A stretch of DNA of 32,000 bases from Patescibacteria group bacterium (GTDB lineage: Bacteria > Patescibacteriota > Patescibacteriia > UBA2591 > UBA6264). Under the pieces are notes generated by a model. It was not told the origin of the DNA. It worked only from the letters and a program-made list of their open reading frames with translations, and searched no databases. Made by a program: the position numbers and the translations under genes. Of this stretch, positions 8,168 through 17,329 are shown piece by piece (the stretch's first letter is position 1; every line of letters starts with the position of its first letter). Where the stretch lies: the NCBI GenBank assembly GCA_028713575.1, contig JAQTOB010000005.1, forward strand, positions 1 to 32,000, written 5' to 3'.

Positions 8168-8196
8168 TTGTCAAATTTCTCGTTTTCCCCTATAAT
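8168..8196 (+). promoter_or_regulatory. Sigma70-like promoter for rpmE-prfA
   Basis: TTGTCA (8168-8173), a 17-nt spacer, then TATAAT (8191-8196), 29 nt upstream of the rpmE ATG. It sits in the divergent rpsB/rpmE gap. Confidence 0.5.
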
Positions 8197-8225
8197 ATAT
8201 TTGTTTTAATTCTTAATTTTATTTT

Positions 8226-8486
8226 ATGGCGAAAAAATCAATTCATCCGAAATATAATCCTCAAGCGAAAATCAAATGCGCTTGCGGCGCGAAATTTATC
8301 GTCGGCTCCACCCAGGAAAATATGGAAGTGGAAATATGTTCTCATTGTCATCCTCTTTATACCGGCAAACAAAAATTTATTGACACCGCCGGCCGCTTAG
8401 AAAGATACGAAAAAATAATGACTAAATCCAAGGCCTTAAAGGCAAGTCTTAAAAAGCCGAAAAAAGAAAAATTCCAAAAAAAATAA
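8226..8486 (+). CDS. rpmE: 50S ribosomal protein L31 (Zn-ribbon type)
   Basis: 86 aa. It has IHPKY, a CxC...CxxC arrangement (CACG...[13 protein letters not shown]) and a Lys-rich tail. Confidence 0.93.
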   Translation: MAKKSIHPKYNPQAKIKCACGAKFIVGSTQENMEVEICSHCHPLYTGKQKFIDTAGRLERYEKIMTKSKALKASLKKPKKEKFQKK

Positions 8487-8497
8487 TTTTATTCTTT

Positions 8498-9553
8498 ATG
8501 TCCGGCCAAGCCGATCAATTTAAGGAACAAATAAAAAATCTTGAAGAACAGCTGCAAAATCCAGCTGTTTATAATGATCCTGAAAAATTAAAAGATATTT
8601 CTCAAAAATATAATCAAATTAAAGATTTAATCAGGGATTTTCGTCAACTTGAAGATGTTAATAAAAAGATATTTGAAACACAAAAACTTTTTAATCAAGA
8701 AACAAACCCGGAAATGCTAAAAATGATAGAAAACGAAGTAGAAAATTTCAAAAAGACAAAAAATTTTTTAGAAGAAAAAATAAAAGAACAAATTGAGCCA
8801 ACAAGCGGAATTGAAAAAAAGAACGTTATTATAGAAATCAGGGCCGGAACTGGAGGAGACGAAGCGACTCTTTTTGTCGCTAATCTTTTCCGAATGTATT
8901 CCCATTTTGCGGAAAAAAAGGGATGGACAAGCCATCTCATCTCTTCTCATCCCAATCCGTTGGGGGGATTTAAAGAAATTATTTTTGAAATCAAAGGTTC
9001 AAACATTTATCAATTTTTAAAAAATGAAAGTGGCGTTCACCGGGTCCAAAGAATCCCGGAAACGGAAAAATCCGGCCGAATTCATACCTCAGCCGCCTCA
9101 GTAGTTGTTTTGCCAGAAGCTGACACTGTTGATATTGAAATAAGCCCTGATGACCTTAAAATAGACACTTTTCGCGCCTCAGGACATGGCGGACAAAATG
9201 TGCAAAAAAATGAAACTGCTGTTCGTATTACACATTTACCCACTGGTCTGATTGTCTCCTGCCAAGATGAAAGAAGTCAAAAACAAAACAGAGAAAAAGC
9301 CCTAACGGTTCTTCGTTCTCGTCTTCTGGTAATAGAAGAAGAAAAAAAGGCAAAAAATTTGAAAGAGAAAAGAAAATCACACATTGGCAGCGGAGATCGT
9401 TCTGAAAAAATTAGAACTTATAATTTCCCCCAAGGTCGTATTACTGACCACCGAATAAAAAAATCTTGGTACAATTTTGAAGAAATTTTAAACGGAGAGA
9501 TGGATAATATTATCCAAGACCTTCAAAACTTTGCCAAAAATCAACCCCGTTAA
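8498..9553 (+). CDS. prfA: Peptide chain release factor 1
   Basis: 351 aa. The GGQ motif is present ([23 protein letters not shown]). The tripeptide position reads PET (RF1-type PxT, not the RF2 SPF). It shows the usual rpmE-prfA linkage. Confidence 0.94.
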   Translation: MSGQADQFKEQIKNLEEQLQNPAVYNDPEKLKDISQKYNQIKDLIRDFRQLEDVNKKIFETQKLFNQETNPEMLKMIENEVENFKKTKNFLEEKIKEQIEPTSGIEKKNVIIEIRAGTGGDEATLFVANLFRMYSHFAEKKGWTSHLISSHPNPLGGFKEIIFEIKGSNIYQFLKNESGVHRVQRIPETEKSGRIHTSAASVVVLPEADTVDIEISPDDLKIDTFRASGHGGQNVQKNETAVRITHLPTGLIVSCQDERSQKQNREKALTVLRSRLLVIEEEKKAKNLKEKRKSHIGSGDRSEKIRTYNFPQGRITDHRIKKSWYNFEEILNGEMDNIIQDLQNFAKNQPR

Positions 9554-9649
9554 AAAATTCGTTTAAGTATTTTTTAATATCATTTCTTGTAAAAAATTCC
9601 GCTAACGGTTTTTTTTATTTAAAAACATTATTTATAAACTTCTAACGGG

Positions 9650-10678
9650 CTAATAAACAATCTGATGATTATTAGAAATAATTTCTACCCAAATATTACC
9701 GGGTAAAAATTTTATCTCTTGATTTTGTAGATTATAAAAAATTGTCTGCTGGCCGGCTCCGGCCTTGCGCCAGATTCCCTTGATTAAATATCCATTTTGA
9801 AAAATTAACGCCTCTCCCTCGCCAACTGTTTTTATAAACCGCCGACCGACTTCATCTAAAATTCTTATTTCTGTTTTTTGAATAATTAAGTTTGAGGTCT
9901 TAACTTGTTCTTCATTTTCGTCAAAAAATTCTCTATTATCTTGAAAACGCAAATAACTTTTTGATTCTTTGTCATATTGCCAAAGAACCGGCTCGCGATA
10001 ATTTATTTTGATAATTAAACCGGGAATCGTTTCTGTTAAAGAAAAATTTTCCACAAATTGTCGCGGAAAAAAATTCAATCTTAATTGATTGTTTATTTTT
10101 TTATTTTCAATCGCGTCTTTTATTAAACTCCCGGAAATGTATAAATTGTGGGGCTTATCTCTTGTTTTTTCGCGCCAAAAATAAATGCCGTCATTGCTGA
10201 TTTCATCAAGATTATAAACTTGATACTCGTTTCTTTCCATTTTATCTAAAAAATCTTGACTGCCGCCGGCATGAATCAACAAAGAGCCGTATTCTTCGGC
10301 CCATTCTGCCAAATAAGGTCGCGCCGATCTCACTGGCCCTATTTTATTCGGCAAATAATCTTGGTTAAAAATCGCCAATAAACGAGTAATGTCCGCTTCC
10401 ACCGGAGTCTCATATATCACTGCTGCCTGGTTAATCCCAATTATTGGCCAAGATTCATTAAAATTATCAATAACCACGGCAATGGGTAATTTATTCGCCC
10501 TATTTCCTTCCAAAGAATAATCTTTAATCTCGTTTATTTCTTCTTTTACTTCAATATTTTCTTCTTCAGGCATTATTTCTATTTTTTCTTTTTCTTCTGG
10601 ATTTAAGAAAATAATAGCCCAAATTATAATAAAAATTATTCCTAAAAACAATCCTATTTTAACTGATTTAAGGTTCAT
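9650..10678 (-). CDS. DUF3048 domain protein (YerB-like), membrane anchored
   Basis: The start was re-set to the ATG at 10678 (MNLKSVKIGLFLGIIFIIIW..., an N-terminal TM helix). The longer ORF-track start at 10795 overlaps rplY in another frame and encodes only K/Q/N filler. The motifs PIAVVIDN...AAVIYETPVEADITRLLAIF...IGPVRSARPY...HAGGS match the DUF3048 family as I recall it. Confidence 0.8.
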   Translation of the reverse strand: MNLKSVKIGLFLGIIFIIIWAIIFLNPEEKEKIEIMPEEENIEVKEEINEIKDYSLEGNRANKLPIAVVIDNFNESWPIIGINQAAVIYETPVEADITRLLAIFNQDYLPNKIGPVRSARPYLAEWAEEYGSLLIHAGGSQDFLDKMERNEYQVYNLDEISNDGIYFWREKTRDKPHNLYISGSLIKDAIENKKINNQLRLNFFPRQFVENFSLTETIPGLIIKINYREPVLWQYDKESKSYLRFQDNREFFDENEEQVKTSNLIIQKTEIRILDEVGRRFIKTVGEGEALIFQNGYLIKGIWRKAGAGQQTIFYNLQNQEIKFLPGNIWVEIISNNHQIVY

Positions 10679-10688
10679 AAATTCTCGT

Positions 10689-11330
10689 TTATTCTTTTGA
10701 TTCAACTGATTCAATCGGTTCTTTTTTTTCTTCTTCTGTTGGTTTTTCTTCTTCTGTTGGTTTTTCTTCTTCTGCCTGCGGACGAGAAACACCAACCACT
10801 AATTCTTCGGGGTCGGCAAGCACTTCTATGTTTGAAGGAACTTTTAAATCCTTAATTCTAATAATACTGTCAATAGCATCTAAACCAGAGACGTCAACTT
10901 CTATTTCGTGAATTAAGTCTTCAGGTAAGCATTTAATTTCTATCCGGTCAATGTTATGGAAAAGGATCCCACCTAAATTTTTGACCGCTGGCGCTTCCCC
11001 TAAAAATTTTAATCCTGTTTCTACGGTAATTTTTTCTCCTGCTTTAATTTTGTAAAAATCAACATGTTGAATTTCATCACTTAAAGAATCGCGCTGAACA
11101 TCATGAATTAAAACTTTAATGGATTTTTTATCATCTATTTCAAGATTGATTAAAGTGCTCTCCCCTGCCTCTTTAAATATTCTCTTCATTTCTACCAGGG
11201 GAACTTGCAGGGCCACGGGTTTAAAATCACGCCCGTAAACAATTGCGGGAATAATATTTTTTTCTCTTAATTTATCACACTTTTCTCCTTTTAAATCTCT
11301 AGTTTGTGTTTTTAAAATAAATGTTATCAT
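10689..11330 (-). CDS. rplY: 50S ribosomal protein L25/general stress protein Ctc
   Basis: 213 aa. The N-terminus is L25-like (LREKNIIPAIVYG...KPVALQV), followed by a Ctc-type second domain and an acidic C-terminal tail with an EEEKPT tandem repeat. Confidence 0.9.
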   Translation of the reverse strand: MITFILKTQTRDLKGEKCDKLREKNIIPAIVYGRDFKPVALQVPLVEMKRIFKEAGESTLINLEIDDKKSIKVLIHDVQRDSLSDEIQHVDFYKIKAGEKITVETGLKFLGEAPAVKNLGGILFHNIDRIEIKCLPEDLIHEIEVDVSGLDAIDSIIRIKDLKVPSNIEVLADPEELVVGVSRPQAEEEKPTEEEKPTEEEKKEPIESVESKE

Positions 11331-11356
11331 AGGTTTTTAATTTTTTATTTGATTGA

Positions 11357-12472
11357 TTATAATGTTATCATATCTTCATATTTTGTAAATGGTTGATAAA
11401 TAATAGTACTCTCAATTAAGGCAAAAGAAATTAAACTGATTAAAAGCGAACTGCCTCCGTAGCTTATAAATGGCAAAGGGACGCCAACAACCGGCACCAA
11501 TCCTATGTTCATACCAACATTGATAAACATTTGAGAAAAAAGCAGGATATTTGTGCCTAAAATCAAAACCAAACCAAAATTATCATAAACCATTCTCGCC
11601 ATTCTAATTAAATGAAAAAAAATAGCCGTATAAAGTCCTAATACAATCAAGCAGCCAATTAGGCCGAATTCTTCGGCCAAGACCGCAAAAATAAAATCCG
11701 TTTCTCCGTCAGGCAAAAATTTCAATTGTGATTGAGACCCAAGTCCAAACCCGCGACCAAAAAACTGTCCTGACCCAACAGCTACTATTGATTGGGTTAT
11801 TTGATAACCTCGACCCAAGGGGTCATTTTGAGGATTAAGATAGGTCAAAATTCTATCCTTTTGATAATCTTCCAAAAAGAAAAACCAGGCCACTGAACTT
11901 ACTAAAACTAACACGATTAATAATCCTATTAAATGTTTTTTATTTTTATCCACCAAAAAGAAAATACCGAACCAAACGATTAAAATCATCAAAGCTGAAC
12001 CCAGGTCCGGCTGACGGATAATTAAAAAGATAAAAGGGCAAATTAAAATAAAACTGAAAATTAAATGTTTTATTCTTACCGGCCTTCTCGCCTCTTGCCA
12101 AAACTTGGCAAGAATAATAATTGTTGATAATTTAGCCAATTCCGCCGGTTGAAAATTAAAAAAACCGAAATTAAACCAACCTTTAACTCCGCGAAAATTA
12201 TGACCAAAAATCAAAACCGCGACCAGCAAAAAAAAGGTGAATAAATAAATCAAATAAGCGGCTGAACGGGTAAAGCGAAAATCTATAAAAAAAATAACAA
12301 CAAAAAAAAACAATCCGACAAGGGCAAAAATTGTCTGCTTTAAAAAAACATTATTTTTAGTTTCAGTAATGCCCAATGACAAACTATATTGGCCCACTAA
12401 ACCAAAAATAATTAAAAAAATCATTAAAAAAAATAAGGTAAAATCAAAGCGTTTTAAACGCACCGAATTCAT
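11357..12472 (-). CDS. FtsW/RodA/SpoVE (SEDS) family peptidoglycan glycosyltransferase
   Basis: 371 aa and polytopic. SEDS motifs are present: QPAELAKL, RQPDLGSAL, LPDGETDFIFAVLAEEFGLIG and LPFISYGGSSL. FtsW and RodA cannot be distinguished from sequence alone. Confidence 0.9.
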   Translation of the reverse strand: MNSVRLKRFDFTLFFLMIFLIIFGLVGQYSLSLGITETKNNVFLKQTIFALVGLFFFVVIFFIDFRFTRSAAYLIYLFTFFLLVAVLIFGHNFRGVKGWFNFGFFNFQPAELAKLSTIIILAKFWQEARRPVRIKHLIFSFILICPFIFLIIRQPDLGSALMILIVWFGIFFLVDKNKKHLIGLLIVLVLVSSVAWFFFLEDYQKDRILTYLNPQNDPLGRGYQITQSIVAVGSGQFFGRGFGLGSQSQLKFLPDGETDFIFAVLAEEFGLIGCLIVLGLYTAIFFHLIRMARMVYDNFGLVLILGTNILLFSQMFINVGMNIGLVPVVGVPLPFISYGGSSLLISLISFALIESTIIYQPFTKYEDMITL

Positions 12473-12487
12473 ATCAATTTCTAAAAT

Positions 12488-13339
12488 TTAATAAACAGGC
12501 ATAAAAATTTCCGGGTCAAAAGGATTAATTTCTAAAATTACCGCTATTCGGTCATGAGAAGGAATGTTGGGCCAAAGTAATTCCATTTCTCTTTTTTCAT
12601 TGCTTCTCCATTGTTTAACGGTTAAAACATTCATCCCGATAATCTCGGAACCGCGATAAAGAATAATTTTAAAATCCGCCTGCCAAAGACTATAAATTGA
12701 TTGGTTTTTAATTTTAAAAGAAATTTTAGGTACGGCAATATGTTGTTCTTTGGCAATAATATAATCTAATTTAATTTCTTCTATTGTCAGGTTTGATAAA
12801 ATTGCCGGACTTGGTTCATTAAAATCAATCCTTTGCCATTTGGTGTCCAAAAATGCAAATTGAACCTTGGTTGGCTTTCCTTCAACTTCTTGCCCAAAAA
12901 CAGTAAGATATTTTTTTTCTCCGGGTAAAATAAAAGTTTCTTTTATTTCAGTCTGTCCTGTTTCCCAAAAAAAATAATATTGGACTGAAGAAGCAATTAA
13001 ATTTTCATTTTCATTCTCAACAATGGCTAAAAAATCATATTTTTTATTAGATTGAGAAAAGGGATTTGAGGATAAAAAAATTGACTTAACAACAACCAAA
13101 TCATGGGGACTAAAATGCTCGTGAAATTTGAGATAATTAATTCTATCTTTAACTAATTCAATCAACATCTGTTCGTGTTCTTCTTCGGCAAGTAAATAAT
13201 TAGTAAAATTATAAACCGCCCAGCCCCAAAAAACAAGGCTAAATAAAATAAGAAACTTTAAAAAAATCTTGTAAAATTTGTTTCTATTATCCAAATACCA
13301 TTTAGTCAATTGAAGCTGTTTGTTGCTAATCTCTTCCAT
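12488..13339 (-). CDS. Hypothetical single-pass membrane protein
   Basis: 283 aa. It has one N-terminal TM helix (FLKFLILFSLVFWGWAVYNF), followed by a region that looks beta-rich and extracytoplasmic. It sits 15 nt upstream of the SEDS gene on the same strand. I recognise no family. Confidence 0.6.
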   Translation of the reverse strand: MEEISNKQLQLTKWYLDNRNKFYKIFLKFLILFSLVFWGWAVYNFTNYLLAEEEHEQMLIELVKDRINYLKFHEHFSPHDLVVVKSIFLSSNPFSQSNKKYDFLAIVENENENLIASSVQYYFFWETGQTEIKETFILPGEKKYLTVFGQEVEGKPTKVQFAFLDTKWQRIDFNEPSPAILSNLTIEEIKLDYIIAKEQHIAVPKISFKIKNQSIYSLWQADFKIILYRGSEIIGMNVLTVKQWRSNEKREMELLWPNIPSHDRIAVILEINPFDPEIFMPVY

Positions 13340-13398
13340 AAAATTATTATTTTACCTTTAAGAAAATTATAGCAAATCATTTTTGTTCAGACAAGCCA

Positions 13399-13426
13399 TT
13401 GGCACATTTAATATATATGTTATAAT
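13399..13426 (+). promoter_or_regulatory. Sigma70-like promoter with extended -10
   Basis: TTGGCA (13399-13404), a 16-nt spacer ending in TGT, then TATAAT (13421-13426). It lies 29 nt upstream of the ATG at 13456. Confidence 0.5.
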
Positions 13427-13455
13427 CCTATCATAAACTGTTTAATAAATAAATT

Positions 13456-13734
13456 ATGACCAGTCAAAACTTTTTCTACATCACCAGCAGTTCAGCCATC
13501 ATTATCGTGGCTTTTCTTTTTGTTGTTTTAATCGTTATCGGCATTGTTGTTGCCGCCAGAATAGCCAAAACTTTCCGCAACATTTCCCAGGTTTCAAAAG
13601 AATTAAGCGAAACTGTAAAAAATTTTCGGGAAAAAATAAAAATTGCGGCGATTATGAATCTTTTCAGCGACGGCTTAAAAGAAATTGTTTCTTTTATTAA
13701 AGAAAAAAGGGAGAAAAAGAACAAGAAAAAATAA
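13456..13734 (+). CDS. Small membrane-anchored protein (DUF948-like architecture: one TM helix plus a charged helical tail)
   Basis: 92 aa. It has a hydrophobic helix (AIIIVAFLFVVLIVIGIVVAA), then an amphipathic, Lys-rich tail. It is preceded by a good promoter. The antisense ORF 13476-13724 was rejected. Confidence 0.55.
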   Translation: MTSQNFFYITSSSAIIIVAFLFVVLIVIGIVVAARIAKTFRNISQVSKELSETVKNFREKIKIAAIMNLFSDGLKEIVSFIKEKREKKNKKK

Positions 13735-13900
13735 AAATTTCAGCTCGCCAATTAACGAAACATAAATTTTTATCAAAGAACTTTTATTCCGCCTTCAATT
13801 AACATTTTTCAAATATAATTTTTAAATTGATGTTTAATATAATTATTTAAATTGCGAATTGGAAAAAAATAATTAAAAAATTAATAAATAATTTTTTCGC

Positions 13901-16900
13901 ATGTTTACCCATCTTCATGTTCATAGCCATTATTCTTTACTTGACGGCTTGTCAAAAATAGACGAACTGATTGCGCAGGCAAAAGAATATAAAATGAAAT
14001 CACTAGCCCTAACCGACCATGGCGTGATGTATGGGGTGATTGAATTTTACCAAAAAGCCAAAGAAGCCGGACTTAAACCGATTATTGGCGTAGAGACTTA
14101 TGTGGCAAGAAACGGCCGTTTAAATAAAAGGTCAAAAATAGATGAAAGGCCGTATCATCTGGTATTGTTGGCAAAAAACGAACAAGGGTACAAAAATCTT
14201 ATTAAATTAATCAGCCTTGCTCATTTGGAAGGTTTTTATTATAAACCAAGGATTGACTTTGAACTTTTAAAAAAATATGCTCAAGGCTTAATCGCCTTGA
14301 CTGCTTGTCAAATGGGAGAAATCCCTCAGCTAATTCTGGAAAAACAAAAAGAAAAAGCGGAAAAAAGAGCCCTGGAATATCAGGATCTTTTTGGTAAAGA
14401 AAATTTTTATTTAGAAGTTCAAGACCGATATAAAAATAAAAATCAGAATTTAATAAATAAGGCCCTTTTTGAAATTGGGGAAAAACATCATCTTCCCATA
14501 GTTGCGACTAACGATGTTCATTATACTAAAAAAGAAGATGCTGAAATCCAGGATATTTTAATTTGTCTTCAAACAAAAAAGAAAAAACAAGATCAAAATC
14601 GTATGTCATATCTCGGCGATGATTTTTCTTTGCGTTCCGAACAAGAAATGAAAAAATCTTTTAAAGGTCATCCTGAAGTTATTGCTAATACAGAAAAAAT
14701 TGCGGCTATGTGCAATTTAGAAATTGAATTGAATAAAATTAAACTTCCCGATTTTCCTGTACCAAAAAATAAAACCGCTGATGAATACTTAAAAAATTTA
14801 TGCGAACAAAGATTTTTTGAACATTATCCGAAAAAAACTAAGGAAATCTCCAGCCGACTAGATTATGAATTGGAAATTATCAAAAAAACTGGATTTGCTT
14901 CATATTTTTTGATTGTTCAAGATTTTGTCAATTGGGCGAAAAAAAACAATATTGTAGTTGGTCCGGGTCGAGGGAGCGCCGCCGGTTCCATTGTTTCTTA
15001 TTTATTAAATATCACTAATGTCAACCCTTTAAAATACGACTTGATTTTTGAGCGCTTTCTTAATCCGGAAAGAATTAATATGCCTGATATTGATCTTGAT
15101 TTTACTGATACACGGCGCGACGAGGTTATTGATTATGTGGAAAAAAAATACGGCCGCGACCACGTGGCGCAAATCATCACTTTTGGCACCATGGCTGCTC
15201 GTGCCGCCATCAGAGATGTCGGCCGAGTTCTTGATTATCCTTATATTTTTTGCGACAAACTGGCTAAAATGGTGCCTTTTGGTTTAAGTTTAAAAAAAGC
15301 GTTGGAAGCTTCTGAAGAATTAAGAGAAACTTATAATCATAATCCGGACGCTAAAAATATTATTGATCCGGCAAAAAAACTTGAAGGCGTGGCTCGCCAC
15401 GCCTCAAAACATGCTTGTGGCGTAGTAATTGCCCCGAAAACCATTGATCAATACGTTCCAACTCAATACGACGTTTCTGGCAAAGAAAAAACCATTATCA
15501 CTCAATATGAAATGCATGCCATTGAAGACCTTGGTCTTTTAAAAATGGATTTTTTGGGCCTAAAAAACCTGACAATTATTGAAAGAACATTAAAACTAAT
15601 AAGATACCGTTATAATGAAGACATTGATATTAATAAAATTTCCTTGGAAGACGCGAAAACTTTTAAACTTTTGCAAAAAGCTGAAACAACCGGAGTGTTT
15701 CAATTGGAATCCTCGGGAATGCAACGTTATTTAAAACAATTAAAGCCCACTTCTTTTGAAGATATTATCGCCATGGTCTCTCTTTATCGGCCGGGACCCA
15801 TGGAATTAATTCCCGACTACATTGCCGGAAAACACGGAACAAAAATCCCCCATTATATTCATCCTAAATTAAAGCCGATTTTAGATAAAACTTTTGGAAT
15901 TGCCATCTATCAAGAACAAATTTTGCAGACCGCTAGGGACTTAGCCGGATTTTCTTTCTCCGAAGCAGATGTTTTGAGAAAGGCGGTAGGCAAAAAAATT
16001 CCAAAACTTCTAAAGGAACAAAAAGAAAAATTCATTAAGGGCTGTATTAATAATAAAATTTCCAAAGAAATTGCGGAAAAAATATTTGCCTTTATTGAAC
16101 CCTTTGCCGGCTACGGGTTTAATCGCAGTCATGCGACTTGCTATGCGACCATTGCCTACCAAACCGCCTATTTAAAAGCAAATTATCCAACTGAATTCAT
16201 GGCGGCCCTATTAATCGCACATAAAGACGATACTGATCGAATTGCTATTGAAGTAGATGAAGCGAAAAAAATCGGTATTGATGTTTTGCCGCCGGATATT
16301 AACGAAAGTTATAAAAACTTTACCGTCATTAATAAAAAAAATATCCGATTCGGTCTTTCGGCCATTAAAAACATCGGAGAAGAAATCGTTAAAACAATTA
16401 TTAAGGAACGAGAAGAAAATGGCCGTTTCCAAAACCTTGAAAATTTCCTTGGTCGCATTGATTCAAAAAATCTAAACAAGAAATCATTGGAAAGCCTGAT
16501 TAAAAGCGGGACTTTAGACCAATTCGGCGAACGCAACAACCTTTTAAATAACACTGATATTTTACTAGAATTTATCAGAAAAAAACAAAAAGACAATCAT
16601 AACGGGCAAACCACTCTCTTTGGCCTTTTGCCAAAAAATAACAATTCTGTTTTGAATTTTAAAGAATCGCCGGCTGCCAGCCACCAACAAAAACTTCTTT
16701 GGGAAAAAGAATTTTTAGGCTTTTTCGTTTCCGAACACCCGTTAGAAGAATATCGCGAATTAATCAAAAAATATGTTACGCCGATTAATCAAATAAAACT
16801 GTCCAATAAATCAATTAAAATTCTCGGTTTAATCACAAAAATAAAAAAAATAAATACAACGGGCAACCAAAATATGTATTTTGTAAAAATAGACGATTCC

Positions 16901-17089
16901 TTTGGAGAAATTGAAACGTTAATTTTTCCTAAAATTCTGAAAACAACCATTGAAATTTGGCAAGAAAATAAGATTGTCTGTATTACGGGAAGAATTTCCG
17001 ATAAAGACGGACAACTTAAAATAATCGCCGAAGAAGCTAAAGAAGTAAGCAAAGAAAGCCTTGATAATCTCTTGCTTAAGTTAAAATAA
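13901..17089 (+). CDS. dnaE: DNA polymerase III alpha subunit
   Basis: 1062 aa. The N-terminus is a PHP domain (FTHLHVHSHYSLLDG). The polymerase core contains PDIDLDF and GLLKMDFLGL. An OB-fold lies at the C-terminus. Confidence 0.97.
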   Translation: MFTHLHVHSHYSLLDGLSKIDELIAQAKEYKMKSLALTDHGVMYGVIEFYQKAKEAGLKPIIGVETYVARNGRLNKRSKIDERPYHLVLLAKNEQGYKNLIKLISLAHLEGFYYKPRIDFELLKKYAQGLIALTACQMGEIPQLILEKQKEKAEKRALEYQDLFGKENFYLEVQDRYKNKNQNLINKALFEIGEKHHLPIVATNDVHYTKKEDAEIQDILICLQTKKKKQDQNRMSYLGDDFSLRSEQEMKKSFKGHPEVIANTEKIAAMCNLEIELNKIKLPDFPVPKNKTADEYLKNLCEQRFFEHYPKKTKEISSRLDYELEIIKKTGFASYFLIVQDFVNWAKKNNIVVGPGRGSAAGSIVSYLLNITNVNPLKYDLIFERFLNPERINMPDIDLDFTDTRRDEVIDYVEKKYGRDHVAQIITFGTMAARAAIRDVGRVLDYPYIFCDKLAKMVPFGLSLKKALEASEELRETYNHNPDAKNIIDPAKKLEGVARHASKHACGVVIAPKTIDQYVPTQYDVSGKEKTIITQYEMHAIEDLGLLKMDFLGLKNLTIIERTLKLIRYRYNEDIDINKISLEDAKTFKLLQKAETTGVFQLESSGMQRYLKQLKPTSFEDIIAMVSLYRPGPMELIPDYIAGKHGTKIPHYIHPKLKPILDKTFGIAIYQEQILQTARDLAGFSFSEADVLRKAVGKKIPKLLKEQKEKFIKGCINNKISKEIAEKIFAFIEPFAGYGFNRSHATCYATIAYQTAYLKANYPTEFMAALLIAHKDDTDRIAIEVDEAKKIGIDVLPPDINESYKNFTVINKKNIRFGLSAIKNIGEEIVKTIIKEREENGRFQNLENFLGRIDSKNLNKKSLESLIKSGTLDQFGERNNLLNNTDILLEFIRKKQKDNHNGQTTLFGLLPKNNNSVLNFKESPAASHQQKLLWEKEFLGFFVSEHPLEEYRELIKKYVTPINQIKLSNKSIKILGLITKIKKINTTGNQNMYFVKIDDSFGEIETLIFPKILKTTIEIWQENKIVCITGRISDKDGQLKIIAEEAKEVSKESLDNLLLKLK

Positions 17090-17184
17090 CATGATAAAAT
17101 TAGAACTTAGAATTTAGAATATAAAATATCCTATATTAAAACCTGTTTTGATAGTAGTTAGTTAAAAATCAAAATTATTTTAAT

Positions 17185-17207
17185 TTTTGATTTTACATTG
17201 TCATTTT
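17185..17207. repeat. Intergenic motif copy A (TTTTGATTTTACATTGTCATTTT)
   Basis: It is identical, apart from a 1-nt indel, to 25513-25536. Both copies are in AT-rich intergenic DNA. Confidence 0.6.
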
Positions 17208-17329
17208 TATTTTTGCATTTTAAATTTTATATTTAGCGAAGCCCCTCACTTGGGGCAAAATTAAAAAATTTATTTCCCTCGCTTAATTTTGGCTCTTTAT
17301 TAAGAAGCCAAGTAAGGGGCGAAACATTT

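Noticed and set aside
10730-10776. 18-bp tandem repeat (CTTCTTCTGTTGGTTTTT x2 plus a partial copy).
   Set aside because: It is real, but it just encodes the acidic EEEKPT repeats of the L25/Ctc C-terminal tail. This is ordinary low-complexity tail expansion, not a separate feature.
10679-10795. N-terminal extension of the DUF3048 ORF (MVFLVRRQKKKNQQKKKNQQ...).
   Set aside because: It overlaps the 3' end of rplY in another frame. It is simply the reverse-frame reading of the EEEKPT-coding tandem repeat. The ATG at 10678 gives a normal signal-anchor N-terminus.
17126-17138. 13-nt identity ATATCCTATATTA shared with 25564-25576, near the 23-nt shared motif.
   Set aside because: By a rough estimate, many 13-mer coincidences are expected in 32 kb of about 30% G+C DNA. 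Its order relative to the longer motif is also reversed between the two loci. It is not independent evidence.
17221-17329. T-box riboswitch or tRNA-Thr anticodon-mimic operator upstream of the thrS operon.
   Set aside because: There is no T-box consensus (GGTGG.ACCGCG-type) and no specifier-loop architecture. The hairpin loops (TCACTT and CTTTATTAAGA) do not resemble a 7-nt Thr anticodon loop.
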